Positions 20,796 to 31,766 of a stretch of DNA of 64,000 nt are shown here, in pieces (the stretch's first letter is position 1; each line of letters opens with the position of its first letter). The notes under the pieces are model-generated. The model was given only the letters and a program-made list of their open reading frames with translations, ran no database searches and was not told where the DNA came from. The translations under genes and the position numbers were made by a program. Location of the stretch: positions 256,935 to 320,934 of IMG/VR virus record IMGVR_UViG_3300023179_004149, one strand, 5' to 3'.

Positions 20796-22798
20796 TATAA
20801 TTTCATTTTAAGTGATAATGAATAACCCAACCATTCGCCGACATAGTATGTTGGTTCTGATGTAACACCCGCAGGTATGTAATACTTCGAGTTTAACATA
20901 TTTACAATCTTAAATGACAAGGTGGCATTTTTAAACCCATAGTCAACAAAACAATTAGCCACTGTGTATGATCGACTCTCGTATTGAGTTTGTCCCAGGT
21001 TCATTGGCATCGCCGATATAAACTGTGAGTTAACACCAGTTGTAATCCGTTTGTTGTTGTAAACCACACCACATGACATCAACGCTTTAGGTGCAAATGG
21101 TATAGCCGCCACTGGTGTATTGTGCGAAGATACACTATTATGTTGAAGACTGGCGTTAAAGAAAAAGTTAAAATGGTTCATCTTTACTTTGATGTTGGTT
21201 TCCAGGCCATTTCTCATAGTCATATCAACCGCTTTTTTCATCATAAACCCAGAGTATGAATCAATTATACCAGTCGCAACATATTCGTTATGTATTACCA
21301 TCATATAAACATTTGCATTGATATCCAGATATTCTGTCTTGTGGTTAAACCCAAGTTCGATATCAAACACCTGTTCAGGTTTCAGTTTAATACTATCGTT
21401 CTTAAGAAACTTAGTGTTGTCTGGATTACCGTAACGCAGGCTACTGTCAGCTTGTATGATATTCTGTATCATATCAGTCCTTGTTGGTTCCCTTTGGGTA
21501 ATACCTGCCGTCATGTATATATCATTGTTATCCCCTGTTGTCGTCTTAAACCCCGCTTTAGGGTTCAGGAACAGCCAGTTATATGTCTTTGACTCTGTTG
21601 CATTAAACCATACAGAACGAACTTGGACATCATAAAATATGTTAGTAAACTTACCTTTGTGCATACCTTTGATATACCCGATAACATCTTTCTTATAACC
21701 CCAGTTCTGATATGTCTGACAGTTCTGAGCATAATCGTAAAAACCACCGTTATCTTGACCTATATGCTTACGGCTGTATATGTTGGTGTTCACACCTATG
21801 TTTGTGACAATATATTTACCGTAGATTACCATGTTACTCATAGCACCATACTGATAAGAATTAACGCCGAACAAGCAACCTGCCGTGTTATATGTACCAT
21901 TTATATTGTTGAAGTAAACCGATGTGTTAAAATGCCTCTTAGCGTTAGCATAGTTAACCCAGTTCAACACAACCATGTTCTGATTGAATGTGTCTCTGTC
22001 TGTAATAGCATTAAGATTTGTAAGATAGTTGCCATCAATCAGTGACTTTGGTACCCCATAGAACGCCAGTTCGTTACGTATAACACCGCTGAAACCATAC
22101 AACCTAAATATGTTATTTTTCTTAAAGTAACCAAGTGAGTAATACACTGAACCACCATTGTTACCACTGTGGTCTTTAAACCCAACGTTGTATTGGTAGT
22201 TTGCTCCAAGTTGGAATGCCAGACCATTAGGCTTAATACCCGTGGAATAGAACCCGCTGGCATAGTGACCTGGGTTACGAGCCTTTAGTGTTGTTGAGAT
22301 CTCCAGGCCAGTGTCGGTCATGCTACGTGTCTCCATATCAACAGAACCACCTATGGATGTTGTACCATACTTTGATGTACCAACACCGCGCTCAACGGTG
22401 ATATTGGAAATATAGTTATAGAAACCTGGCATATTGCTGAAATAGATGCCCAAGTCTTCCATCTCGTTCATCGGGATGCCGTTCATATTAAAGTTAATAC
22501 GTGTCTGGTCTAGGCCACGCATACGCATGTATGAGTAACCATTACCTTGGCCATTGTCAGACTGTGCGTAGATTGATGGTACTGCTTTGTCCAGAACATA
22601 GAACGGGTCTTTCTGCATATTCAGATACGAATACTCAGATGTGCTGAACTTGGTTTGGGATATCGGCAATAAAGATGATGCGGATATGCCCACCACTTGC
22701 ACTTCTTTAAGGGTGTCTTCTTTGGTTTTGCTCAAAGAGTCCTGTGCGTTTGCTCCGAATGCGAGAGCCATAAGTACGACTAATAATATCTTTTTCAT
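20795..22798 (-). CDS. TonB-dependent outer-membrane receptor
   Basis: signal peptide, LKEVQVVG TonB-box region, plug GYSYMRMRGLDQTRINFNMNGIPMN, ERGVGTS, NPKAG, LKPEQ, beta-strand C-terminus. Confidence 0.9.
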   Translation of the reverse strand: MKKILLVVLMALAFGANAQDSLSKTKEDTLKEVQVVGISASSLLPISQTKFSTSEYSYLNMQKDPFYVLDKAVPSIYAQSDNGQGNGYSYMRMRGLDQTRINFNMNGIPMNEMEDLGIYFSNMPGFYNYISNITVERGVGTSKYGTTSIGGSVDMETRSMTDTGLEISTTLKARNPGHYASGFYSTGIKPNGLAFQLGANYQYNVGFKDHSGNNGGSVYYSLGYFKKNNIFRLYGFSGVIRNELAFYGVPKSLIDGNYLTNLNAITDRDTFNQNMVVLNWVNYANAKRHFNTSVYFNNINGTYNTAGCLFGVNSYQYGAMSNMVIYGKYIVTNIGVNTNIYSRKHIGQDNGGFYDYAQNCQTYQNWGYKKDVIGYIKGMHKGKFTNIFYDVQVRSVWFNATESKTYNWLFLNPKAGFKTTTGDNNDIYMTAGITQREPTRTDMIQNIIQADSSLRYGNPDNTKFLKNDSIKLKPEQVFDIELGFNHKTEYLDINANVYMMVIHNEYVATGIIDSYSGFMMKKAVDMTMRNGLETNIKVKMNHFNFFFNASLQHNSVSSHNTPVAAIPFAPKALMSCGVVYNNKRITTGVNSQFISAMPMNLGQTQYESRSYTVANCFVDYGFKNATLSFKIVNMLNSKYYIPAGVTSEPTYYVGEWLGYSLSLKMKL

Positions 22799-22813
22799 TT
22801 CGATTTTTTTTTG

Positions 22814-22845
22814 CAAAAATAAGGTGGATTTCTCAATCCACCAAA
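22814..22845 (-). promoter_or_regulatory. terminator-promoter cassette copy 1 (drives the TBDR-pnuC-nadR operon)
   Basis: TTTG-GTGGATTGAGAAATCCACCT-TATTTTTG. Confidence 0.75.
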
Positions 22846-22866
22846 TTAATCTGTGCTATTTTTTTT

Positions 22867-23331
22867 TTACATTTCTTTACGAATGTCTTCGATTGTCTTA
22901 ATTTTACACTTCTCTTGCAGGTATTTATTGGCCTCTTTACGTATATCCTCAGCAGCGGCAATCATCTCATCGTAGTGCGCCAAAACCGCTTCATTATCGG
23001 GATGATATAACATATAGTGCTTCTCATGGTACTTGGATAATTGATACTTTTTACCTTTATTATCCTCATAAACAAAAACACCATCTTTACGGCAGCCGAT
23101 GATCTTAATCTTGTCTTTACCAAAGTACATGCGGTGATCTGGTGTTGGTACAATATAATATGGTTTGAAAGTATCATTTTCCTTAACGAACTCATCAATA
23201 CGTTTCTTTACTGATGCGTATGATCCTTTCTCAATCTCAAGGTCGTGAAGATTGGAGTATGCTGTGAATTTCTCAGTTTCGGTATCAAAGGATATTTCCC
23301 ATCCTCTGTACTTATCTACTTCTGTTCTCAT
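22867..23331 (-). CDS. hypothetical protein
   Basis: 154-aa ORF with own promoter. Confidence 0.7.
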   Translation of the reverse strand: MRTEVDKYRGWEISFDTETEKFTAYSNLHDLEIEKGSYASVKKRIDEFVKENDTFKPYYIVPTPDHRMYFGKDKIKIIGCRKDGVFVYEDNKGKKYQLSKYHEKHYMLYHPDNEAVLAHYDEMIAAAEDIRKEANKYLQEKCKIKTIEDIRKEM

Positions 23332-23350
23332 TGATTATTGTTTTAGGGTA

Positions 23351-23382
23351 CAAAAATAAGGTGGATTTTTCAATCCACCAAA
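23351..23382 (-). promoter_or_regulatory. terminator-promoter cassette copy 2
   Basis: TTTG-GTGGATTGAAAAATCCACCT-TATTTTTG. Confidence 0.75.
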
Positions 23383-23411
23383 TAAATAATTATAAATAAT
23401 GTAATCATAGA

Positions 23412-23897
23412 TTATTCAGTCGGTGGTCGAGCATATCCGTTAACACCGTGACCAATGTTTATGTTGAGATCCTGAGTATCGGGAACTTTACAAAGATTAT
23501 GTAAATATTTTGTTACATATTCTTTCTTGGTTTCGGGTAAATCCTCAACCAACCAATCCAAGTTGATTTTCATGGTTCCAATCATCCCCCCAGCATAACT
23601 CTCAAAACCCGAAAAAGAAACTCTGAAAAACTCACTGGTTTTTGTGGCTGAGTATAATCTCTCAAATGATATTGATTCAAGATCCGTTTCAAACCTTGCA
23701 TTAATCAATTCCAGAATATTAAAATTGTTGCTGGTGATATAAAATTCCATAGACCGCTTGCCTGTTAACAGGTGTAACAACAAGTGTTCTCCAGTAACGG
23801 CCTCATAATAATAGAAGTCGTTAAAGTTGAGGGTTAATGGAAAGTCCTCGTCATTAAGTTTTATATATCTACCAATTGTTTGTTTCATAGTCAACAT
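23412..23897 (-). CDS. paralogue family A-like protein (divergent)
   Basis: TIGRYIKL, LTLNFNDFYYY, LLLHLLTGK. Confidence 0.55.
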   Translation of the reverse strand: MLTMKQTIGRYIKLNDEDFPLTLNFNDFYYYEAVTGEHLLLHLLTGKRSMEFYITSNNFNILELINARFETDLESISFERLYSATKTSEFFRVSFSGFESYAGGMIGTMKINLDWLVEDLPETKKEYVTKYLHNLCKVPDTQDLNINIGHGVNGYARPPTE

Positions 23898-24243
23898 CCG
23901 ACCCCAGGGATTCTGTAATCCACATCGGGTGTCGTTGGTTTAGGCGATAATCTTTCGATTATCGCATTATAAAATTTTAATCTCTTGTTGTAATACAACA
24001 ACAAATTGATGTTTTTGTCGTCTTTACCTTTACGTTCCATCCATTTTTGTGTTTCTTTGACACTTAGCTGTGCGCTATTCAATATGGCTTGCTTTAGATC
24101 AAAGGTGCTTGGTTTATTGGAATCGGTTCCCATACCAAAATTAACCCTTATACCTTTATGTGTCATTGTTACCCGAACATCCAAAGTACCCTCAATGGCT
24201 TGTTCGTCATATATGTCTTTGATTACTTTTAACGGATCCATCA

Positions 24244-25272
24244 TTAAAACACAGATGTAAAAGATAATTGGTGTAGTTTGAATTTCAGGTTTTCATAGAT
24301 TAATATGAAATTGTTTGCATCCTGTTTGATAACCGTTGCATCATCCATGTTTATCTTCACCGAATAATCATCTTCGTTTTCCACTGGAAGGTAATACGTA
24401 TCGTCACGATGGATGGTAATATTTTTTGCGTCGGTTGACATTAATAGATCACGGCATAAATAATCTTTACCATCATATACCTCGTAAACCTTATATCTCT
24501 TAGGTTCACACCTCAGATTCAAATACCTACCAACTGTCAGCGCGTCCTCATTGAATAGATTCATTTCTTTAATAAGGTTAACTAACAAATCGAAAGTACA
24601 CATGTTGATCTTTTCAAAGAATACCCCGATACTATCTTTGTGTCCCTTGTTAATCAACATATCATCAATAACACTATTCATGGTCTCCTGATCCAGGTCG
24701 GTGTAATCCTTGCGGTATTTGATACGGTTCAATCTGTTTACAAAGTACTCATTCAGTTCAAAGGTGTTCACCGTCAACAAAAATATTAACTTTGTGTTAT
24801 AAGCCCCGTCCATCAACGATAAGAAATCGTTGGCTTTGTTTCTTTCCGAGTATTCGCTTTGTTTATACACTTTCTCGAACTCATCAATGAATATAATACA
24901 TTCACCGATCTTAGGGTTTACCAGGAAATTAATAAATCCTGAGCCATCAAAAGGTTCATTTATTAATATTACTGGTAAATTAGCTTCAATGCAGAACTTT
25001 TGTGCTGTGATCGTTTTACCACCGCCTTTGAGGCCTGATAAGATAATACCCATATTCTTATGAGCGTTATACTTATATGATTTTAACCATCGGTGAATAA
25101 TCCCATGATCCCCATAAACTTTAGGTGGTAATACGAAATCATTTTGTTTGATGAGGAAATACTCATTCTCACGAGCATTATAATTGAGTTGATAAACACC
25201 CACTGGTAATTTATCATATGTGTTCGTAATATCCATTAATACGAACTTATTGTCGGTTTGTATAACTGCCAT
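24244..25272 (-). CDS. AAA+ ATPase
   Basis: GLKGGGKT, IFIDEFEK, LSLMDG, LTVN, NRLNRI. Confidence 0.9.
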   Translation of the reverse strand: MAVIQTDNKFVLMDITNTYDKLPVGVYQLNYNARENEYFLIKQNDFVLPPKVYGDHGIIHRWLKSYKYNAHKNMGIILSGLKGGGKTITAQKFCIEANLPVILINEPFDGSGFINFLVNPKIGECIIFIDEFEKVYKQSEYSERNKANDFLSLMDGAYNTKLIFLLTVNTFELNEYFVNRLNRIKYRKDYTDLDQETMNSVIDDMLINKGHKDSIGVFFEKINMCTFDLLVNLIKEMNLFNEDALTVGRYLNLRCEPKRYKVYEVYDGKDYLCRDLLMSTDAKNITIHRDDTYYLPVENEDDYSVKINMDDATVIKQDANNFILIYENLKFKLHQLSFTSVF

Positions 25273-25342
25273 ATGTTATATGCTTTTCTAGCGAATAGCC
25301 AGCGATGTTGAATGTTATGTATTTATTATTATTATTATTATA

Positions 25343-28300
25343 TTACTTTTGTAATATAATCCAGTCGTAATGTGGTACGACTTTGTCCAGTTTTTCTTTT
25401 TGCCCTTGTGCTTCTGTTAGCGTTAAGAGTGTTGCTTTCTCGATTTCTTTTGTTGTTTCGAGATTGTAGTTTTTCATAGCTACAAAATAGCTACCGAAGG
25501 ATGATTTAATTACTTGGTTCTTTTCCATTATATTCTTTTTAATGCGGTTTCAAATTCTGTTAACAAAAATGGCAATGTAAACTTTGGGTTATACATGATA
25601 ATATTATCAGTTTTTTCATATACCCAATCAATTGCCTGGCTCCATACTGGTGCTGACACTCTCGTTGGTATCAAGTTATGGTTTGCACCAAACGGATGTT
25701 TTACTTCAAACGTGGGTATATTTGTGTGTTTCTCTGGTTCGGTTAAACTGACCTTGAAATGATATATACAATCCTTATCAAAACCTTTCGATTTCAACAG
25801 AGTGGCTATCTCATATGAGACCCATATTCGTTTTTCTTTTATTATCAGCAAATCGTTGATTTTCATTAGTACTTATTAGATAACTTAATAATCAGATCAC
25901 AATCTTCTCGTGTGATTGACATGTATCTTCTGGATAAGTTCAGAAGTGCCTTATTGTGTTCGACTTCCATCTGTGTTTGTTTGTACCCTGGGCTAACAAA
26001 CAGCGTAAGCAACTCACGTTTTTCGTCATTTTTGTTATCTTTTAACACGGCCTCAACATCGGCAACATCCATGCTTTTTAATAATTCCCTAAGAAGGGAT
26101 TGTCTTTCTCGTCTAGATGCCTCGTAAACGATTTCGTCCTCGTCAACATCAAATCGTAATGTTATACTCATTGTTTTTTGGTTTTATTCCAAACCCATCT
26201 GGTTCGGGTAAAGTAATAAGTTGCTCCCTCTTTGTAGGTAAAGTATGTCTTACCATCCATTAAGTTTATGTCCTCAACCTCACCATCTTCATATTGGATG
26301 ATAACGGTGTAATCTGTATGTTCCGATCGGTGATCATAGGTAATGAGGGTCTTTTTACAGATGCCTTTTATCTCATAGGTTTCTGTGTGTTCTTGTACAA
26401 AATATATCAGACCAGTAAGTGAGAACACCGCAATTATAACCCATAAAAAAGTTTTCATATTAATCTCTACGTTTTATGTATGTACACACCCACTTAAACA
26501 CATCATCAAGACCACCAATCTCTGATAGTATTTCCACCATTTCATTATCGTTTAATAGCTTCTCGACAAAGCTACGCTTACCGTTGGTCATTGGTGGTAA
26601 CGAGTTATTTTCTTGCATCCACTTAAACCACTCATCATAGACATCCGATTCTCGTTTATTCGGCTCAATATTATCAATGACGATATGAGTGGGTTCAATT
26701 ACAAACAACTCATCAATAGGATTGTGGAAACCCCAGTCGATGTTTTCTTTTGTTAGTTTTGTTGTGTTAATATTTCGTTTAAACTCTTCAAAGCAATGTC
26801 TCTTTCAGGCTTACTACCATACTCAACATACAGAGTATTTGGTATTTGATCGCCCCATTTTGGGTCTTTCAGTTCTACCTTTATATAGAAGGAATAACAA
26901 CCACTAATATAGTGCCGAAGGTAATCTTCTTTATAAAAACCAATACTACCATCGGATGTGGTAACGTATGTCTTTTTCTTTCTTCTGAAAGGCCACATAT
27001 TACTTTATTTGTGTTGTTGATGCGTCAATGATAACAATCTCGTCAGCCAGGAAGACATACGATTTGCTTTTGGTTTTGTGCTTGAGACCCCTGGCGTGGC
27101 ATTTAACAATGGCACGATCCTTACGCTTGAACCTTGAAAGATAAGCCAGAGCGTTCTCATACCCATCAATGATATGAAGACCAGAGGTATATGATGCTCC
27201 CTTTCCATCGATCACATTTTCCTTTATTTCTGCTTTAATGGTCTTACCTATAGGTAAGAGCCTGGTGCCACCGATGCCGTGAAATAACGTCAGGAATTGA
27301 CCTTTATCGTTAACTTCAACGATCTTGTAATATACCTTGCTGGAGAAACGCGCCATCTATTTTTAGATTAGGATACAAAAGTAGGTAATCTTTTCCAAAC
27401 CACCAAATTTATTTTGTCGCTTTGAAGCTATAATACTTCTGTGTTTGATTTAGGTACAGGCATATCGTATTCTCTACGATATGGTTCCTCATGGTTCATA
27501 CCCGCAAGGAATATCTCAACCAGTCGGTCTTTAAAGTGCGATTTTGGATAGTTCTTCTCCACCCATTCGGTTGCAATGGCTAATTTCTTCTTATCCAATT
27601 CCTCAATCTGGTTTAGATCGGTGAGGATGAAGGTTTGGTTGATAAAGGCAGCATCGGCCTCTTTTTTAATATCAAACGCTGGGTAATTACCACTACGTAT
27701 AATGGCAACCAGGTTCCAGAATGGTGTTAGTTTGTTCCTGATATCAGCAACAAGATTCTCTGTCTCGCTAAAATTCATCTGTTATTTTTTATTTATCTTA
27801 AATCCTTGCGGATAATACATCATAGTTGTTTCATCTGGGCAGTCAACCACACCAGTACACATGAATGGTTTCTTATGAAACTCGGCTAGGGTCATAGTCT
27901 CAACCTTTCGACCCCACTTCTCGGCATCACTAAACTCTTTCTTCACAACCCTATCCGTTTCAACATATTCTAACACGGAAACCTTTTCAACGGTTTGTCC
28001 GCACTGGCAATAATACACTTTGACCATTTTAGGGTCTTCTGTTACAACTCTCTTATCCATTTGAACCAATTGTATATTGTAGTGGCTGGGTGTAATTCTT
28101 TACGCGTCTCTATTATTTTAAATGTTTTTTAGTTCTTCCAACATTTCCATTTCCAGGTCATGTTCTTTGAACGATCTCAACATGCTTAACATGAGAAAGT
28201 TATCGTTATCCAAGTGAATGAGGTTCCATAAAACACTGTCCAAGGAACCACTAATGTTTTTTGTTTCCACATTCTGGCGTTTAGCTTTTAACTCGTGATA

Positions 28301-28708
28301 ACGTTTGTAGTTTTCGGGGTGGGTTCGCCTGAAATACTCATATATGGTCAAATTAGGTTCTGCTCCCTCGAGTTCTGGATTAACTTTTCGCCATTCAGCA
28401 TTAATATTTTCAGCCAGAGTAATCAGTTCCGTTTCTTCCTCTAGGGTCAGTAGTGACTCTCTGGTTGTTTTGGTACAACCAGAGAAAAAGTCAGTCTGTC
28501 GTATACTCTTATGGAATAGATAAAACCATATTTGTTCTTCTTTAGGTGAGTTTTTTTGATTAATATATTCACTGTAAAGCCATTCAAATGTTGATTCAAG
28601 TGATTGAATACTCTGTATCTCGAAAAGCCTGTAATAACAAATACCAATACTATCGGTGGCATTTCTTAACTTATCGAGAAATATCTTTACTAACAATTGC
28701 TTATCCAT
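25343..28708 (-). other. block of about 10 small hypothetical CDSs
   Basis: 25343-25528, 25528-25866, 25866-26171, 26168-26458, 26460-26708, 26753-26998, 27000-27356, 27428-27778, 27782-28060, 28118-28708. Confidence 0.65.
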
Positions 28709-28710
28709 AA

Positions 28711-28890
28711 TTATTTACTCGGCATTAATGCAAACATGATCAAATAGAGCAAAAAACCACCACCACCTACAAGGAATAGAAAGAGGAATATAGCTCTGAT
28801 AATAATAGGATCAACCTCCATATAGTCGGCGATACCTGCGCAGACACCTGCGATCTTTTCGTTTCTTTTGTTTAGCGTTAAACGTTTCAT
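28711..28890 (-). CDS. pspC: PspC domain protein (59 aa, not in ORF track)
   Basis: MKRLTLNKRNEKIAGVCAGIADYMEVDPIIIRAIFLFLFLVGGGGFLLYLIMFALMP matches the PspC pattern. Confidence 0.9.
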   Translation of the reverse strand: MKRLTLNKRNEKIAGVCAGIADYMEVDPIIIRAIFLFLFLVGGGGFLLYLIMFALMPSK

Positions 28891-28897
28891 ATGTATT

Positions 28898-29467
28898 TTA
28901 TTTAAGATAGTTATTCAATTCTTTTCTCAGAGCTTCTTTGGTGTTAATACCATTATGCTTCAACATACCAACCAACATATTTATAAGATCGACATAAGCA
29001 TAATCTGGCATATACGCCGACCTCATTATGTTGTAGCTGATATCGGACAACCCGAACTGGGCCTGGTACTGCTTAAACTTCATAAAAGCATAGCGATTTG
29101 CAACATCTTCTATATACTTAAGTTTAGAAGCAACAGATAATGCTCCGTTATTTAGAGCATCAAACCAGATGTTGGTAGCGTGGTCGGTGCCGTACTTACG
29201 AAACTGTAACTGGTGTGCTGATTCGTGGAAGGTGATAAAAACGATGTCCGATAAGCTAACGTGATTATCAGCGATAAAGATATCTCCGTTTTCTTTTGAA
29301 ACACCACCTGCTGGTATATCAAAATGCTTAAACGCTATGTTCTTAGCACCGCACTTCTTAACGTCTTTCAATAAAGCGTTAATTACGTTTGCATGGTTGT
29401 TGTCAGTTAAACCCAACAGCCTCTTCTTAAATGCGGCGATTCCTTTCATTGTTATTATTTTCAACAA
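28898..29467 (-). CDS. HExxH metallopeptidase-like protein
   Basis: FHESAH and IEDVANRYA; true start probably internal (MKGIAA). Confidence 0.55.
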   Translation of the reverse strand: MLKIITMKGIAAFKKRLLGLTDNNHANVINALLKDVKKCGAKNIAFKHFDIPAGGVSKENGDIFIADNHVSLSDIVFITFHESAHQLQFRKYGTDHATNIWFDALNNGALSVASKLKYIEDVANRYAFMKFKQYQAQFGLSDISYNIMRSAYMPDYAYVDLINMLVGMLKHNGINTKEALRKELNNYLK

Positions 29468-29496
29468 AAATAAGGTGGATTTTTCAATCCACCAAA
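29465..29496 (-). promoter_or_regulatory. terminator-promoter cassette copy 3
   Basis: identical to copy 2. Confidence 0.75.
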
Positions 29497-29501
29497 TTTA
29501 T

Positions 29502-29804
29502 TTAAAGACCACAAAAACCTTCATCGTCATCATCGTCATCTGGGGTTTTTCCTGTATCCAAAAACGGTAGTGATAACAGGGCTTTAATTCGTCGTCCAAG
29601 TTCAAATGCTATATGAGGTGCTAGTAGCGTCATTTCCATGCTTGTTACTTTTTCTACTTTGTTGTAGCGGTTTACATAAACCTCAGTACATACCTTACGC
29701 ACCAGCGCATCCAAAGGTATAAACTGGTTTTGTAGTTCCTCGGTTATCTGTATCAACTCATCGGTTGTAAGCGAAGAAATCTTTTCTTGAAGTGTCGGTA
29801 GCAT
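29502..29804 (-). CDS. hypothetical protein
   Basis: start MLPTLQ downstream of a TAGATTTG promoter box. Confidence 0.6.
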   Translation of the reverse strand: MLPTLQEKISSLTTDELIQITEELQNQFIPLDALVRKVCTEVYVNRYNKVEKVTSMEMTLLAPHIAFELGRRIKALLSLPFLDTGKTPDDDDDDEGFCGL

Positions 29805-29949
29805 AACTTTTAATTTAGATTGCAAATCTACAACTAATTTGTAGATTTAACAACCATCTCGATTAATTTTTTTATTTTTAATATAATTGTCTCAAATTAG
29901 CTACATGGATGATCCGTATATTCGGAATAAAACGATAATCGCGCTTTAC

Positions 29950-30246
29950 TCATAATACTTTGATTACTTTTCCGTAAACTTGTTTTGTCCATCCATTAAC
30001 ATACCCATGATTATTACTGATCTGACAACCTTTATCGTCATTTTTTGCTGTAACCAAATGGGTAAAATAATTACCTCTACATTTACAATAGACAATATCA
30101 CCCACTTCAACCGATTCCCAGGTCGCAGGTTCAACCACGTGTTCCTGACCCGAACGAATTAAGGGAACCATTGAGTTCCCTTTTTCACTGGTAGTGAAGG
30201 TTTCGCCATTTTGTAATCTTTCGAGTTTATAATTTCTACGTCCCAT
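29950..30246 (-). CDS. S24/S26 peptidase-like protein
   Basis: GNSMVP, VGDIV, THLV. Confidence 0.7.
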   Translation of the reverse strand: MGRRNYKLERLQNGETFTTSEKGNSMVPLIRSGQEHVVEPATWESVEVGDIVYCKCRGNYFTHLVTAKNDDKGCQISNNHGYVNGWTKQVYGKVIKVL

Positions 30247-31129
30247 TAGCGAAATTCAAGTTTTTCTTTTGCTTCATATGCTGCCATACAACCATCTATG
30301 AAGGTTTGTGTTTTTTTACGGAAATTACCAATATGACCACCTAAATCCACATCTTCTGGTATAGAGTCTAATATTTTTTTTAAATCCTCTGCCAATGGTT
30401 TACATGCTTTCCAGTTAATGTAACCTTCACAATCTGAGTGGGTAAGAAGTGTAAAGAGTGGCCTTTTTTTAAGGCATGACCATTTGATTGGTAGCTGGGC
30501 TTTTAATCGCCTCAATTCAGCCATAGCTAATTCATCCCCATTAGGGAATTTAAATTCCAATAGACTAAAGGCGCTATCTTTATCATAAAAATATTCCATG
30601 TACTCTAAAGGTGGTAAACCAGCATACTTAGCTAATTCGCAACGCCATCTATGAAATGCACTATATGCACCATGCCAGGCTCCATGTGTAATATCTAAAC
30701 CCATGATTATTTTTTTGTTTTCTTTTTAATATATGCTTTCACGGCATTAAATGATTTATGACATGCCAAGTGTATTACCCTGGGATATTCATTATTACAA
30801 CATTTGTCATAGGTTTCATAGTCACCCACTTCACGAGCGTTTTGCCAATTAACAAATTCCCCAGTCGTAGGGTCGAAATAACTTTCAAGATATTTGTTAC
30901 CATCCATGAAGAAGTGATCCCATGATGATGAACCAATTATACGATAGTTTTCTTTATAAAACTCATCTGGCTGTTCCTGTAGAAACAACATATAGGAATA
31001 AAAATCAATAATGATATTGCCTGAGTCGAAGCACTTTGTTCTTTCTTGACCGTTTTCTTGATACTTTAGTACGATTGATTCGTAAGTACTTTGCTTTGGC
31101 TCCGTGTATCTTATTGTGCTGAATGCCAT
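30246..31129 (-). other. two hypothetical CDSs (30246-30704, 30707-31129)
   Basis: packed ORFs. Confidence 0.7.
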
Positions 31130-31274
31130 CTCTTAATGATTTAATAATTGCTAATGTTGTGTTAGGCCACTTTTCGGGATAAACATATTTCAGAGTAATC
31201 TCGTCAAAGGTAATTAATTTATCGAATAAAATATCTCTGGCTAAATTAATTACTGACAACCAATCTATAAGAGC

Positions 31275-31307
31275 TTCACTTTAGCGTCTACATTCCGCCA
31301 CCTGACC
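31275..31307 (-). pseudogene. 5' half of a tRNA-Leu-like RNA (truncated)
   Basis: GGTCAGG-TG-GCGGAATGTAGACGC; no T arm or CCTGACC 3' strand downstream. Confidence 0.65.
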
Positions 31308-31343
31308 AACTTACCTGTCTTTCCAGGTTGTCATTAATTAAAA

Positions 31344-31736
31344 TTACTTATTTAAAAAATCAATAAGTTGATCCATGTCTTCAAACCACATACCCCCATT
31401 TTTTCTGACCATTTTACCCACAGCGTTAAGAGCTTTGATTTGATGTGTTTCAAACGCCACCCCATCATCATTATGAGTGTATAAGAAGATTGTCTTATTT
31501 GGGCGCTTATTGGAATCATCCACAACCTCAGCAATCGAATAAACACCTGTCATTTTTGGCGTTATGACATATAGACAATAATCAGATTCTTCACGTGCTT
31601 TTAATTCTCTTTGATAAGCCTCATCGTTCCAATCGGGAACAACTGGATTAAAACAATCTGCGTTTGTTACCTTTTCAAGTAAAACATCACGCCAACATGA
31701 ACCGTTACAGGTTCCACCTAAAAATACTGTTTTCAT
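31344..31736 (-). CDS. nucleoside 2-deoxyribosyltransferase-like protein
   Basis: VFLGGT..S.WR, FNPVV.DW, E...RE, GVYSIAE. Confidence 0.8.
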   Translation of the reverse strand: MKTVFLGGTCNGSCWRDVLLEKVTNADCFNPVVPDWNDEAYQRELKAREESDYCLYVITPKMTGVYSIAEVVDDSNKRPNKTIFLYTHNDDGVAFETHQIKALNAVGKMVRKNGGMWFEDMDQLIDFLNK

Positions 31737-31766
31737 TTTTTATATATTTTAAAAGTTTATTATTTT

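Noticed and set aside
19258-22798. Host chromosomal contamination at the TBDR operon
   Set aside because: It is flanked by the same promoter cassettes and small-gene architecture as the rest of the window
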